A stretch of DNA of 64,000 bases from Macrostomum lignano (lineage: Eukaryota), in the NCBI GenBank assembly GCA_002269645.1, contig NIVC01000195.1, positions 544,211 through 608,210 on the forward strand, in the 5' to 3' direction. Both the position numbers and the translations under genes were made by a program. Positions 10,451 to 20,685 of this stretch are shown one piece after another. Position 1 is the stretch's first letter; each line of letters opens with the position of its first letter. Below the pieces are notes generated by a model that was not told where the DNA came from, searched no databases, and worked only from the letters and a program-made list of their open reading frames with translations.

Positions 10451-13400
10451 TCATCGTTGAGCGGCGTCCGGCAGCAGCACCAGCTCGCCGTCGCCGCACT
10501 CGTAGGTCCCGTTCGAGCGGCGCGGCAGCCACACCGACCCCGGGGTCGACCAGCCGAACAGCATCTGGTGCAGCTGGGCCGCCGTCTTCTCCAGCACACC
10601 CCACACCGTGAAGGGGCGGGCAGGCTGGGGCTCCTCATTGCAATCATTCGGGCTCAGGTCTTTGGCGAAGCACAGGCGCAGCTCGTACAGAAATGTCTGG
10701 CCATTCTGCAAGTTGTTTGGTAATATAGTGGGGTGGGTGTCGGAGTGGGGTGGGTGTCGGAGTGGGGTGGGTGTCGGAGTGGGGTGGGTGTCGGAGTGAG
10801 GTGGGTGTCGGAGTGGGGTGGGTGACGGAGTGGGGTGGGTGTCAGAGTGGGGTGAGTATGATCTCACCGTCTTGGCGCAGCGGACCATGGGCTTGAAGCC
10901 GAAGGCGCTTTGCAGCGCGCTGCGGATCTTGGATGCCTGGGGGTGTCAGAGGTGCGAGTTGACAGTTCAGAATTTCTTAGCTAGCATTAGCTCGTAATAG
11001 TCATAAAAGGAGCCACAGAATCAGTTCACAGCCGCGAGGCCAAACGTACATCAATAGGGGTTGAGCTGGGCGTCACGCCCCCCTTTTGCAACATTCTGAA
11101 GTTTATCAGAGATGGTGCAGGTGATGAACTGCTTATTAAATCACGGCGAAAGCCATTGCAGCTGAACTCACTCGCTCAGGTTGTACTTTTGGTTAAGCTG
11201 AAGCGCTGCTTTAAAGTACAAAAAAGTTGTGTTGAACCTGGGATCAGTTGCCACGCAAGAGCCGTGCTTCTTGAACTCTTCACGCCTAGATTTGAGGAGT
11301 GAGGCTCGGATGAGATCTAGTGAGACTGGGTGGAGATCTAGTGAGACTGGATGGAAATCTAGTGAGACTGGATGGAAATCTAGGGAGACTGGTTGGAGAT
11401 CTAGTGAGACTGGATGGAGATCTAGGGAGACTGGGTCGAGATCTAGTGAGACTGGGTGGAGATCTAGTGAGACTGGATGGAGATCTAGGGAGACTGGATG
11501 GAGATCTAGTGAGACTGGATGGAGATCTAGTGAGACTGGACATTTGACTTCATCAGCAGGCGACTCACCAGAAGTAAAGCGGGCTGCCTTTGGGATTCAG
11601 CAGATCCATCCAGCTCTTCTGGAGTTCATCCCGGAGGGGCTGCGGAGTTCAGTTGGGTCAGCTTTGTGTGAATGCAGCACCTGATGATGACAGCTGGGCG
11701 TCTTTGAGAAGTCTCACCTTCGTAGACCTCTGTAAGACGATCTACCCCGGCCATCAAGAATCTCACTGCTTGTTCAGGAATTCACAGCCTCTCCGGAAGT
11801 CTCACTGCTCTGCCTCTAACTTTTTAGAAGAACTCACCCCAGCTCGGAGCCACTAGGCAACTCACCCCAGCTCGGAGCCACAAGGCAACTCACCCCAGCT
11901 CAAAGCCACAAGGCAACTCACCCCAGCTCAAAGCCACAAGGCAACTCACCCCAGCTCAAAGCCACAAGGCAACTCACCCCAGCTCAAAGCCACAAGGCAA
12001 CTCACCCCAGCTCAAAGCCACAAGGCAACTCACCCCAGCTCAAAGCCACAAGGCAACTCACCCCAGCTCAAAGCCACAAGGCAACTCACCCCAGCTCAAA
12101 GCCACAAGGCAACTCACCCCAGCTCAAAGCCACAAGGCAACTCACCCCAGCTCGGAGCCACAAGGCAACTCACCCCAGCTCAAAGCCACAAGGCAACTCA
12201 CCCCAGCTCGGAGCCACAAGGCAACTCACCCCAGCTCAAAGCCACAAGGCAACTCACCCCAGCTCAAAGCCACAAGGCAACTCACCCCAGCTCAAAGCCA
12301 CAAGGCAACTCACCCCAGCTCAAAGCCACAAGGCAACTCACCCCAGCTCAAAGCCACAAGGCAACTCACCCCAGCTCGGAGCCACAAGGCAACTCACCCC
12401 AGCTCAAAGCCACAAGGCAACTCACCCCAGCTCGGAGCCACAAGGCAACTCACCCCAGCTCAAAGCCACAAGGCAACTCACCCCAGCTCAAAGCCACAAG
12501 GCAACTCACCCCAGCTCAAAGCCACAAGGCAACTCACCCCAGCTCAAAGCCACAAGGCAACTCACCCCAGCTCAAAGCCACAAGGCAACTCACCCCAGCT
12601 CAAAGCCACAAGGCAACTCACCCCAGCTCAAAGCCACAAGGCAACTCACCCCCAGCTCGGATTCGTTGAACGCAGTGGAGTTGCAGAACATGGGCGGCTT
12701 GGACGGAGAATCTTTGGACTCGGCCCTGAAAAAAGAAATTAACCACTCTACTTTAAGTAGGCCGCTTAGGCCGCTGATAAAAACGAAGTCGAACTCACCA
12801 AAGTCCATGAATGTTGAACCTTTTCTGTAGCAGCTCCTTGTGCTTGCACTGCGGGTTAACACGAGGAACTACGAATGTGTGCGTAATTCCATTGAGTTCA
12901 TCAGGTCATGACCTCATATAGAAAGTACGTCGTGTGAGCTTCCTAAATTTTGCAGGCAGGTGCACGCTATAGTTTACATTTTAAATTACAAAGAATAATT
13001 CTGTCACCCCGAGTTCACTGTCTCGAAAAGTTCACACCGGTTCTTAGTTCACCCTCTCCCTAAGTTCACACCCCTTAGTTCACCCTCTCCACAGCTTAAC
13101 ACCCCCTTAGTTCACCCTCTCCATAAGTTCACACCCCTTAGTTCACTCTCTCCCTAAGTTCACACCCCTTAGTTCACCCTCTCCACAGCTTAACACCCCC
13201 TTAGTTCACCCTCTCCATAAGTTCACACCCCTTAGTTCACTCTCTCCCTAAGTTCACACCCCTTAGTTCACCCTCTCCACAGCTTAACACCCCCTTAGTT
13301 CACCCTCTCCATAAGTTCACACCCCTTAGTTCACTCTCTCCCTAAGTTCACACCCCTTAGTTCACCCTCTCCACAGCTTAACACCCCCTTAGTTCACCCT

Positions 13401-14908
13401 CTCCATAAGTTCACACCCCTTAGTTCACTCTCTCCCTAAGTTCACACCCCTTAGTTCACCCTCTCCCTAAATTCACACCCCTTAGTTCACCCTCTCCCAA
13501 ATTCGCACCCCTTAGTTCACCCTCTCCCTAAATTCACACCCCCTTAGTTCACCCTCTCCCTAAATTCACACCCCCTTAGTTCACCCCCTCATCCTTGAAT
13601 CCCCAGTCAACCAGAGACCGCAGCACAGACCGAGGTCACCGAGCAGAAGGAGAAGGGCCACTCTCTGGTGAGCAGGATGAAGTCAAACTCCGACTTGTCT
13701 CGGGCCGCCCCGAGGCAGCAGAGGCTGGCCAGGGTGATGAGGCCTACAAAGCTGCTGGAATTCAAGCGGCGATATGGAATTTAAGTTCCAAGTTCGAGTC
13801 AGCTAAAAACTGAAAACTTGGCTTTGAAATCAAGGTAAATCAGAAATCTGCGTACCGGCCTTTCTCTCAGTCCACCTGTATCCGTCTGAGTCCACCTGTC
13901 TCCCTCTCAGTCCACCTTGTATCAGTCTCAGTCCACCTGTCTCCCTCTCAGTCCACCTGTCTCCCTCTCAGTCCACCTTGTATCAGTCTCAGTCCACCTG
14001 TCTCCCTCTCAGTCCACCTGTCTCCCTCTCAGTCCACCTGTATCAGACTCAGTCCACCTGTATCAGACTCAGTCCACCTGTCTCCCTCTCAGTCCACCTG
14101 TATCAGACTCAGTCCACCTGTCTCCCTCTCAGTCCACCTGTATCAGTCTCAGTCCACCTGTCTCCCTCTCAGTCCACCTGTATCCGTCTCAGTCCACCTG
14201 TCTCCCTCTCAGTCCACCTGTCTCCCTCTCAGTCCACCTGTATCCGTCTCAGTCCACCTGTCTCCCTCTCAGTCCACCTGTATCCATCTCAGTCCACCTG
14301 TATCAGACTCAGTCCACCTGTATCAGACTCAGTCCACCTGTCTCCCTCTCAGTCCACCTGTATCCATCTCAGTCCACCTGTCTCCCTCTCAGTCCACCTG
14401 TATCCGTCTCAGTCCACCTGTCTCCCTCTCAGTCCACCTGTATCCGTCTCAGTCCACCTGTCTCCCTCTCAGTCCACCTGTATCCGTCTCAGTCCACCTG
14501 TCTCCCTCTCAGTCCACCTGTCTCCCTCTCAGTCCACCTGTATCCGTCTCAGTCCACCTGTCTCCCTCTCAGTTCACCTGTATCCGTTTCAGTCCACCTG
14601 TCTCCCTCTCAGTCCACCTGTCTCCCTCTCAGTCCACCTGTCTCCCTCTCAGTCCACCTGTCTCCCTCTCAGTCCACCTGTCTCCCTCTCAGTCCACCTG
14701 TCTCCCTCTCAGTCCACCTGTCTCCCTCTCAGTCCACCTGTCTCCCTCTCAGTCCACCTGTCTCCCTCTCAGTCCACCTGTCTCCCTCTCAGTCCACCTG
14801 TCTCCCTCTCAGTCCACCTGTCTCCCTCTCAGTCCACCTGTCTCCCTCTCAGTCCACCTGTCTCCCTCTCAGTCCACCTGTCTCCCTCTCAGTCCACCTG
14901 TCTCCCAT
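10451..14908 (-). CDS. RNASET2: Secreted ribonuclease T2; exons 14908-14898 (tentative), 13875-13856 (tentative), 13743 or 13754-13640, 12848-12799, 12725-12650, 11639-11569, 11285-11172, 11095-11050, 10936-10868, 10705-10451
   Basis: Not visible as one ORF in the track; rebuilt by hand with all phases consistent. Signal peptide GLITLASLCCLGA; EFDFILLTREWPFSFC; CAS I FNIHGLW; CAS II FWREEFKKHGSC; C-terminal FLYELRLCFAKDL..DC. Exons 13743-10451 are firm, the 5' exons tentative. Confidence 0.9.
10728..10856. repeat. 17-bp G-rich minisatellite GGAGTGGGGTGGGTGTC in RNase T2 last intron
   Basis: About 7 tandem units between donor 10867 and acceptor 10706. Confidence 0.9.
11310..11540. repeat. 21-bp minisatellite GAGATCTAGTGAGACTGGATG in RNase T2 intron
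   Basis: About 11 tandem units between donor 11568 and acceptor 11286. Confidence 0.92.
11831..12660. repeat. 28-bp minisatellite CAACTCACCCCAGCTCAAAGCCACAAGG, about 29 copies, spanning an exon/5' splice site junction
   Basis: Reverse complement of each unit contains GAGCTGGG|GTGAGTTG; the copy at 12660-12640 is the true exon end and donor. Confidence 0.95.
13030..13590. repeat. 31-32-bp minisatellite CCTTAGTTCACCCTCTCCCTAAGTTCACACC in RNase T2 intron
   Basis: Tandem units with cycling variants, between donor 13639 and acceptor 12849. Confidence 0.92.
13861..14906. repeat. 20-bp minisatellite CTCAGTCCACCTGTCTCCCT, about 52 copies
   Basis: Direct reading; minus-strand unit GGAGACAG|GTGGACTGAGAG begins immediately after an ATG at 14908. 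Confidence 0.96.
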
Positions 14909-15324
14909 CTTTCTACCAAAGTTGACTCCGAATGGGATTCCTTTGGCAAGTGGGACTTCATCCCAAAAGCTAAGCTATAAATACACTGACGTAATGCTAA
15001 TCGATAATGGCGCTGCATTTTTGGCTCAAGTAGCGATAATAAATCAAAAGTCCCTCTTAGAAAAACTTACAGAAGATGCATTTGGACCGAGCGACAGCAC
15101 TGACAGGTGGCAGAAAGTTTCTAGCATAGCTTGGGCTGGCCCCGCGCCAATACATATAGATGTAGCTTGTGCCAAGCTGCCTGCATCCGCAGCTGCCGTG
15201 GCCTGTGGCCCTGTGGCTGCTTAGATAAAGTCAGGGGTGGCAACAATGTTTACATTTGAACGATCTGTGACCAAAAATTATCTGTGCGATACCCAGTCAG
15301 GCTTGAACACTCATGGCACCTGTG

Positions 15325-15705
15325 CCACTCAGCTTGTGTCCCCTGTGCCCTGTGCCCACCCAGCTAGCTTGTGTCTCTGTGCACTGCCCACTCAGCTTGT
15401 CTCCCCCCTGTGCCTGTCCATTCAGCTTGTGTCCCCTGTGCCTGTCCATTCAGCTTGTCTCCCCCCTGTGCCTGTCCATTCAGCTTGTCTCCCCCCTGTG
15501 CCTGTCCATTCAGCTTGTGTCCCCTGTGCCCTGTCCATTCAGCTTGTCTCCCCCCTGTGCCTGTCCATTCAGCTTGTGTCCCCTGTGCCCTGTCCATTCA
15601 GCTTCTGTCCCCTGTGCCCTGTCCATTCAGCTTGTCTCCCCTGTGCCTGTCCATTCAGCTTGTCTCCCCCCTGTGCCTGTCCATTCCGCTTGTGTCCCCT
15701 TCTCC
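15325..15705. repeat. About 30-bp minisatellite CCATTCAGCTTGTCTCCCCCTGTGCCTGT
   Basis: Direct reading, about 12 degenerate units. Confidence 0.9.
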
Positions 15706-17357
15706 TCCATCCATCCTTTGCCTGCCTCTCAGACTCTCAGACTACCAGTACAGAGTGAATATTCAAGCTACACTACTGATTTGCTCTCAGCAGTAGTATG
15801 CCAAAAACATTGAACCACACAATGAAGAGAAGGATTGACAACTCCGCGGAGCCGCCCGCCGAGGGCTCTCAGCTGCCCATTGTTCCCGGCGACGCGACTA
15901 AACAAAGGAGCGCCGGGCCAGGCGGGCCGTGGGGCCGAGGAAGCTGGCCGGGCCGCGAGAGACGCGACCTGCAACTGCCGGCTGTAAAAAATTGATGAGG
16001 CAAGTCTGCTGAGCCGCCTCATCAATCATGCAACAGGAGGCTGCGCCGTTTCTCCTCGATTCTCCCCGCACCCCTTTCTCTATCCTCCCCTCCCCAACTG
16101 CCCATTATTTCGCTTCCTGGCAGCCGCACACGGCAGCTTCTCAGTTCCAGCATCACAAAAGGGATGAAGATGAGGAGCTGAGGACGGAGGGAAGTGGGAG
16201 TGCGGTGCGGCCGCCTGCTGGGAAGGAAAGCGCCCTTGCAGCCTCCGTGCCTCATCTACTACCTAGCGTTCCTATTCACTCGTCATCTCCCACGGCCCCA
16301 TGTTGTGCTGCTCCCCCATTCTTTGCGCGGAGCTGGGCGGCTGCAGCCCTCACAGCCGGCAGACAATTGAGATGCTGGCAGTGAGAGGCGATGAAGCTGC
16401 AGCAGCCTCCAATTCACTGGCAATGCTGCTGCAGAAAAGTTTAGCTGAGTGGGCGGCCCAGCCACGCGGGCTCTGGGACAGCTGGGGTGGGGCGGCCGCC
16501 AGCTGCTGCCGCCTGCCTTCCGCCCGCGGGCCATTGTGGCCCGGCAGCCCCGGGGCCGGCAGGGAGAAGAAAAGGCGAGCCAGGCGAGGACAAAAAATTG
16601 CAAGAAAAAATTGAGAATGAAGGAGGGCGGGGAGGGGAGAGGGGGGGGGCAGCGGCGACATTCCATGGGGCGCGCAGATTGCAGGAGAAACCGCGGCTGC
16701 CAGGGCTGGGATTTGCGCCAAGGTGTGGTGGGCAAGGCGGACACGCCGCCGTAAAAAGGTAAGGGAGAGAAGAGAGATTTCCGCTGGAGGGGCTGCTCAG
16801 CTGATTAGGAAGCAGAAATGCGGGATCCAGCGAATCGATTGCCGGAGGCCTGCCGCGGGTTGCTAAGGAAGTCAAGTACCCGGGGAGGGTCGTGGCCGCA
16901 TGTTTTTTGCCTAAGCAGCGCCCACTGCAGCCGGGTGGGGAGTGCTCACTTCCCCTGCCCCCCGACTGGCACTCCAGCGCAGGCGCTGACACCTTGGCTT
17001 GCCTTGCCTTGGCTTGAAATCAGGGAGCCGAGTGGCCTGCCCTGGTCTCGCACGTGTTGGCCCCTTGCTGGGATTTCAACTGCAGGCTGACTTGGGAGAC
17101 AGCCGAGCCTCTGGGAAAGTGACAGACAGACAGGCACTTCGCAGCTGAGATCTCCTCCAAGCCTGCAGAGGCGGAGGGAGAACCACCTGCTTGCAGTTCT
17201 CCCGTCTGCCTCTTCCCAACTTCGAACTGGCCGGGTTGAAATCACAGCTGCCAGCTTGACATTCTCCAGCACCTGAGCTTCATTCTCGAACTCAGACTGA
17301 GTGACCTGGGATGAACACCCCACATTCTCAAGCCAGGCACGCGGTTAACGCGTTTGC

Positions 17358-18860
17358 ATCAATAACAGAATCCGCTCCTTGAATAACAGAATCCGCTCCT
17401 TTGACAACAGAATCCGCTCCTTTGACAACAGAATCCGCTCCTTTGATAACAGAATCTGCTCCTTGAATAACAGAATCCGCTCCTTGAATAACAGAATCCG
17501 CTCCTTGAATAACAGAATCCGCTCCTTGAATAACAGACTCCGCTCCTTTGATAACAGAATCCGCTCCTTGAATAACAGAATCCGCCCCGCCCCTTTGATA
17601 ACGGAATCCGCTCCTTTAATAACAGAATCCGCTTCTTCGATAAAAAAATCCGCTACTTTGATAATAGAATCGGCTTCTTCGATAAAAGAATCCGCTCCTT
17701 GAATAACAGAATCCGCTCCTTTGATAACAGAATCCGCTCCTTTGATAACAGAATCGGCTCCTTTGATAACAGAATCCACTCCTTTGATAACAGAATCCAC
17801 TCCTTTGATAACAGAATCGGCTCCTTTGATAACAGAATCCACTCCTTTGATAACAGAATCCACTCCTTTGATAACAGAATCCACTCCTTTGATAACAGAA
17901 TCCACTCCTTTGATAACAGAATCCACTCCTTTGATAACAGAATCCACTCCTTTGATAACAGAATCCACTCCTTTGATAACAGAATCCACTCCTTTGATAA
18001 CGGAATCCACTTCTTCGATAACAGAATCCGCTTCTTCGATAACAGAATCCACTCCTTTGATAACAGAATCCGCTCCTTGAATAACAGAATCGGCTACTTG
18101 AATAACAGAATCCACTCCTTTGATAACAGAATCCACTCCTTTGATAACAGAATCGGCTCCTTTGATAACAGAATCCACTCCTTTGATAACAGAATCGGCT
18201 CCTTTGATAACAGAATCCACTCCTTTGATAACAGAATCCACTCCTTTGATAACAGAATCCACTCCTTTGATAACAGAATCCGCTACTTGAATAACAGAAT
18301 CCACTCCTTTGATAACAGAATCCGCTCCTTTGATAACAGAATCCGCTTCTTCGATAAAAGAATCCGCTCCTTGGATAACAGAATCCGCTCCTTTGATAAC
18401 AGAATCCGCTTCTTCGATAAAAGAATCCGCTCCTTTGACAACAGAATCCGCTCCTTTGATAACAGAATCCGCTCCTTTGATAACAGAATCCGCTACTTGA
18501 ATAACAGAATCCGCTCCTTTGATAACAGAATCCGCTACTTGAATAACAGAATCCGCTACTTGAATAACAGAATCCGCTCCTTTGATAACAGAATCCGCTA
18601 CTTGAATAACAGAATCCGCTACTTGAATAACAGAATCCGCTACTTGAATAACAGAATCCGCTACTTGAATAACAGAATCCGTTTCATAAAAACAGAATCC
18701 GCTCCTTTGATAACAGAATCCGCTCCTTTGATAACAGAATCCGCTCCTTTGATAACAGAATCCGCTCCTTTGATAACAGAATCCGCTCCTTTGATAACAG
18801 AATCCGCTCCTTAGATAACAGAATTCGCTACTTGAATAACAGAATCCTTCCCATAAAAAC
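17358..18860. repeat. 21-bp minisatellite GATAACAGAATCCGCTCCTTT, about 70 copies
   Basis: Direct reading; source of the ADSVIKG and DNRIRSF ORFs. Confidence 0.96.
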
Positions 18861-19974
18861 AGAATCCGCCCCATGAAAAACGGAATATTCCCTTACAGAA
18901 GCCAACCCAGACCGTGCAGCTTCGCTCCCGGGACCGACGCCAAGGGAATCTGCTAAATCTGCTACTGAGATGAAAAGAAGTTGCAGCTGTGGGCAGAGCC
19001 ATGCTGCAAGCGGTTCAGACAAAGCCGAATTTTTTGTGACAGAAGCTCAGACACCCGGCCGGCAACACAACCAGATAGCCAACAAGGGACGCAAAAGGAG
19101 CTAGTGCTCGGGAGTTATTTAACAGACATTTATCTGTAGCTCCTGAAGCAGCATTCCCCACGAAAAAACTGCATAAAAGCTGCCGCATCAACAGCAGGTG
19201 AAATGTGCTTCTCAAATTTGCTTATAGCAAAGAATCAGCTGCTTTAATCTGCTCAGGCGAGACAGCGCAAATTCCTGCAGTGAAAAATTTCAAACCTTCT
19301 CACGACACGGCAAACACTGGGAAGGCAGGACTGAGGAGCGGTGTGAGAGCTGCCTGCTGCTCCTGTGGCTCACAGCTTAGCCTGAGAAAATGAAAATTCT
19401 GTCGTCACGGCGACGGCCGACGCCGCTGCACCGCAGGGCGTCTCGCTGCCGCACCCGCCCCAACTCCGCCTGCGGCAGCTGTGAGCAGCTGTGAGTCAAT
19501 AATAAGGGCGAGCCTGCCCTGTGCGGCTTGGCAGCTCGCAGCATGGGTGGCATCGCTCACTCTGAGCGCTCATCGCCCCATTTGGGGTGTTGGAGAGGCC
19601 CAGAGCTGCCCCACTCAGGCCTGTCCTGGGCTGACCCGCTACAGCTGGACCCCTGCCGCCTCCTTCGCCGCGTCGCCCTCCTGTAGCCACTCATTGTCCC
19701 GCGGCGGGGGTGGCGGCCCCTGCGGAGAAGAGCGAGGCGGGGCCCACATCACTACCCACTCCATGTGTTGAGTTGCCCTTGGCCGGACAATTGTCAGAGA
19801 GTTGCTAAACTCGTACCTGACAAATCTATTGTGAGCCTAAGAGGCTGCCCTGGAGACACCCAGCCCCTCCTCAGGAGACTGCAGTCTGCTGCAAGATCAA
19901 TCACAATAGAAATTTAAGGGGTCCTAGAATGTAGAAGGAATATTCTTCACCCAGGAAGAGGATAGGGAGAAAAG

Positions 19975-20685
19975 ATAGCTGCCAGGTGATATTAATTACC
20001 AGGTGAGATAGCTGCCAGGTGAGATTAATTACCAGGTGAGATAGCTGCCAGGTGAGATAGCTGCCAGGTGAGATTAATTACCAGGTGAGATAGCTGCCAG
20101 GTGAGATTAATTACCAGGTGAGATTAATTGCCAGGTGAGATGGCTGCCAGGTGAAATTAATTTCCAGGTGAGATTAATTACCAGATATAAGATAGCTGCC
20201 ACGTGAGATTAATTACCAGGTGAGATAGCTGCCAGGTGAGATTAATTACCAGATATAAGATAGCTGCCACGTGAGATTAATTACCAGGTGATATAGCTGC
20301 CAGATGAGATTAATTACCAGGTGAGATAGCTGCCAGGTGAGATTAATTACCTGGTGAGATAGCTGCCAGGTGAGATTAATTACCAGGTGAGATTAATTGC
20401 CAGGTGAGATAGCTGCCAGGTGAGATTAATTTCCAGGTGAGATTAATTACCAGATATAAGATAGCTGCCACGTGAGATTAATTACCAGGTGAGATAGCTG
20501 CCAGGTGAGATTAATTACCTGGTGAGATAGCTGCCAGGTGAGATTAATTACCAGGTGAGATAGCTGCCAGGTGAGATTAATTACCTGGTGAGATAGCTGC
20601 CAGGTGAGATTAATTACCAGGTGAGATTAATTACCAGGTGAGATTAATTGCCAGGTGAGATAGCTGCCAGGTGAGATAGCTGCCA
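19975..20685. repeat. 16/17-bp composite minisatellite CCAGGTGAGATAGCTG / CCAGGTGAGATTAATTA
   Basis: Two alternating units sharing CCAGGTGAGAT, about 40 units. Confidence 0.93.

Noticed and set aside
13917-15224. 435-aa and 315-aa PSQSTCLPLSPPVSLSVHL ORFs
   Set aside because: 20-bp minisatellite antisense to RNase T2.
16946-17323. 125-aa minus-strand ORF with a plausible acceptor
   Set aside because: No recognisable domain and no linked exons found.
17345-18874. 509-aa ADSVIKG ORF and antisense DNRIRSF ORFs resembling surface antigens
   Set aside because: 21-bp unit is a multiple of 3, so long open frames arise on both strands by chance; no unique flanking protein.
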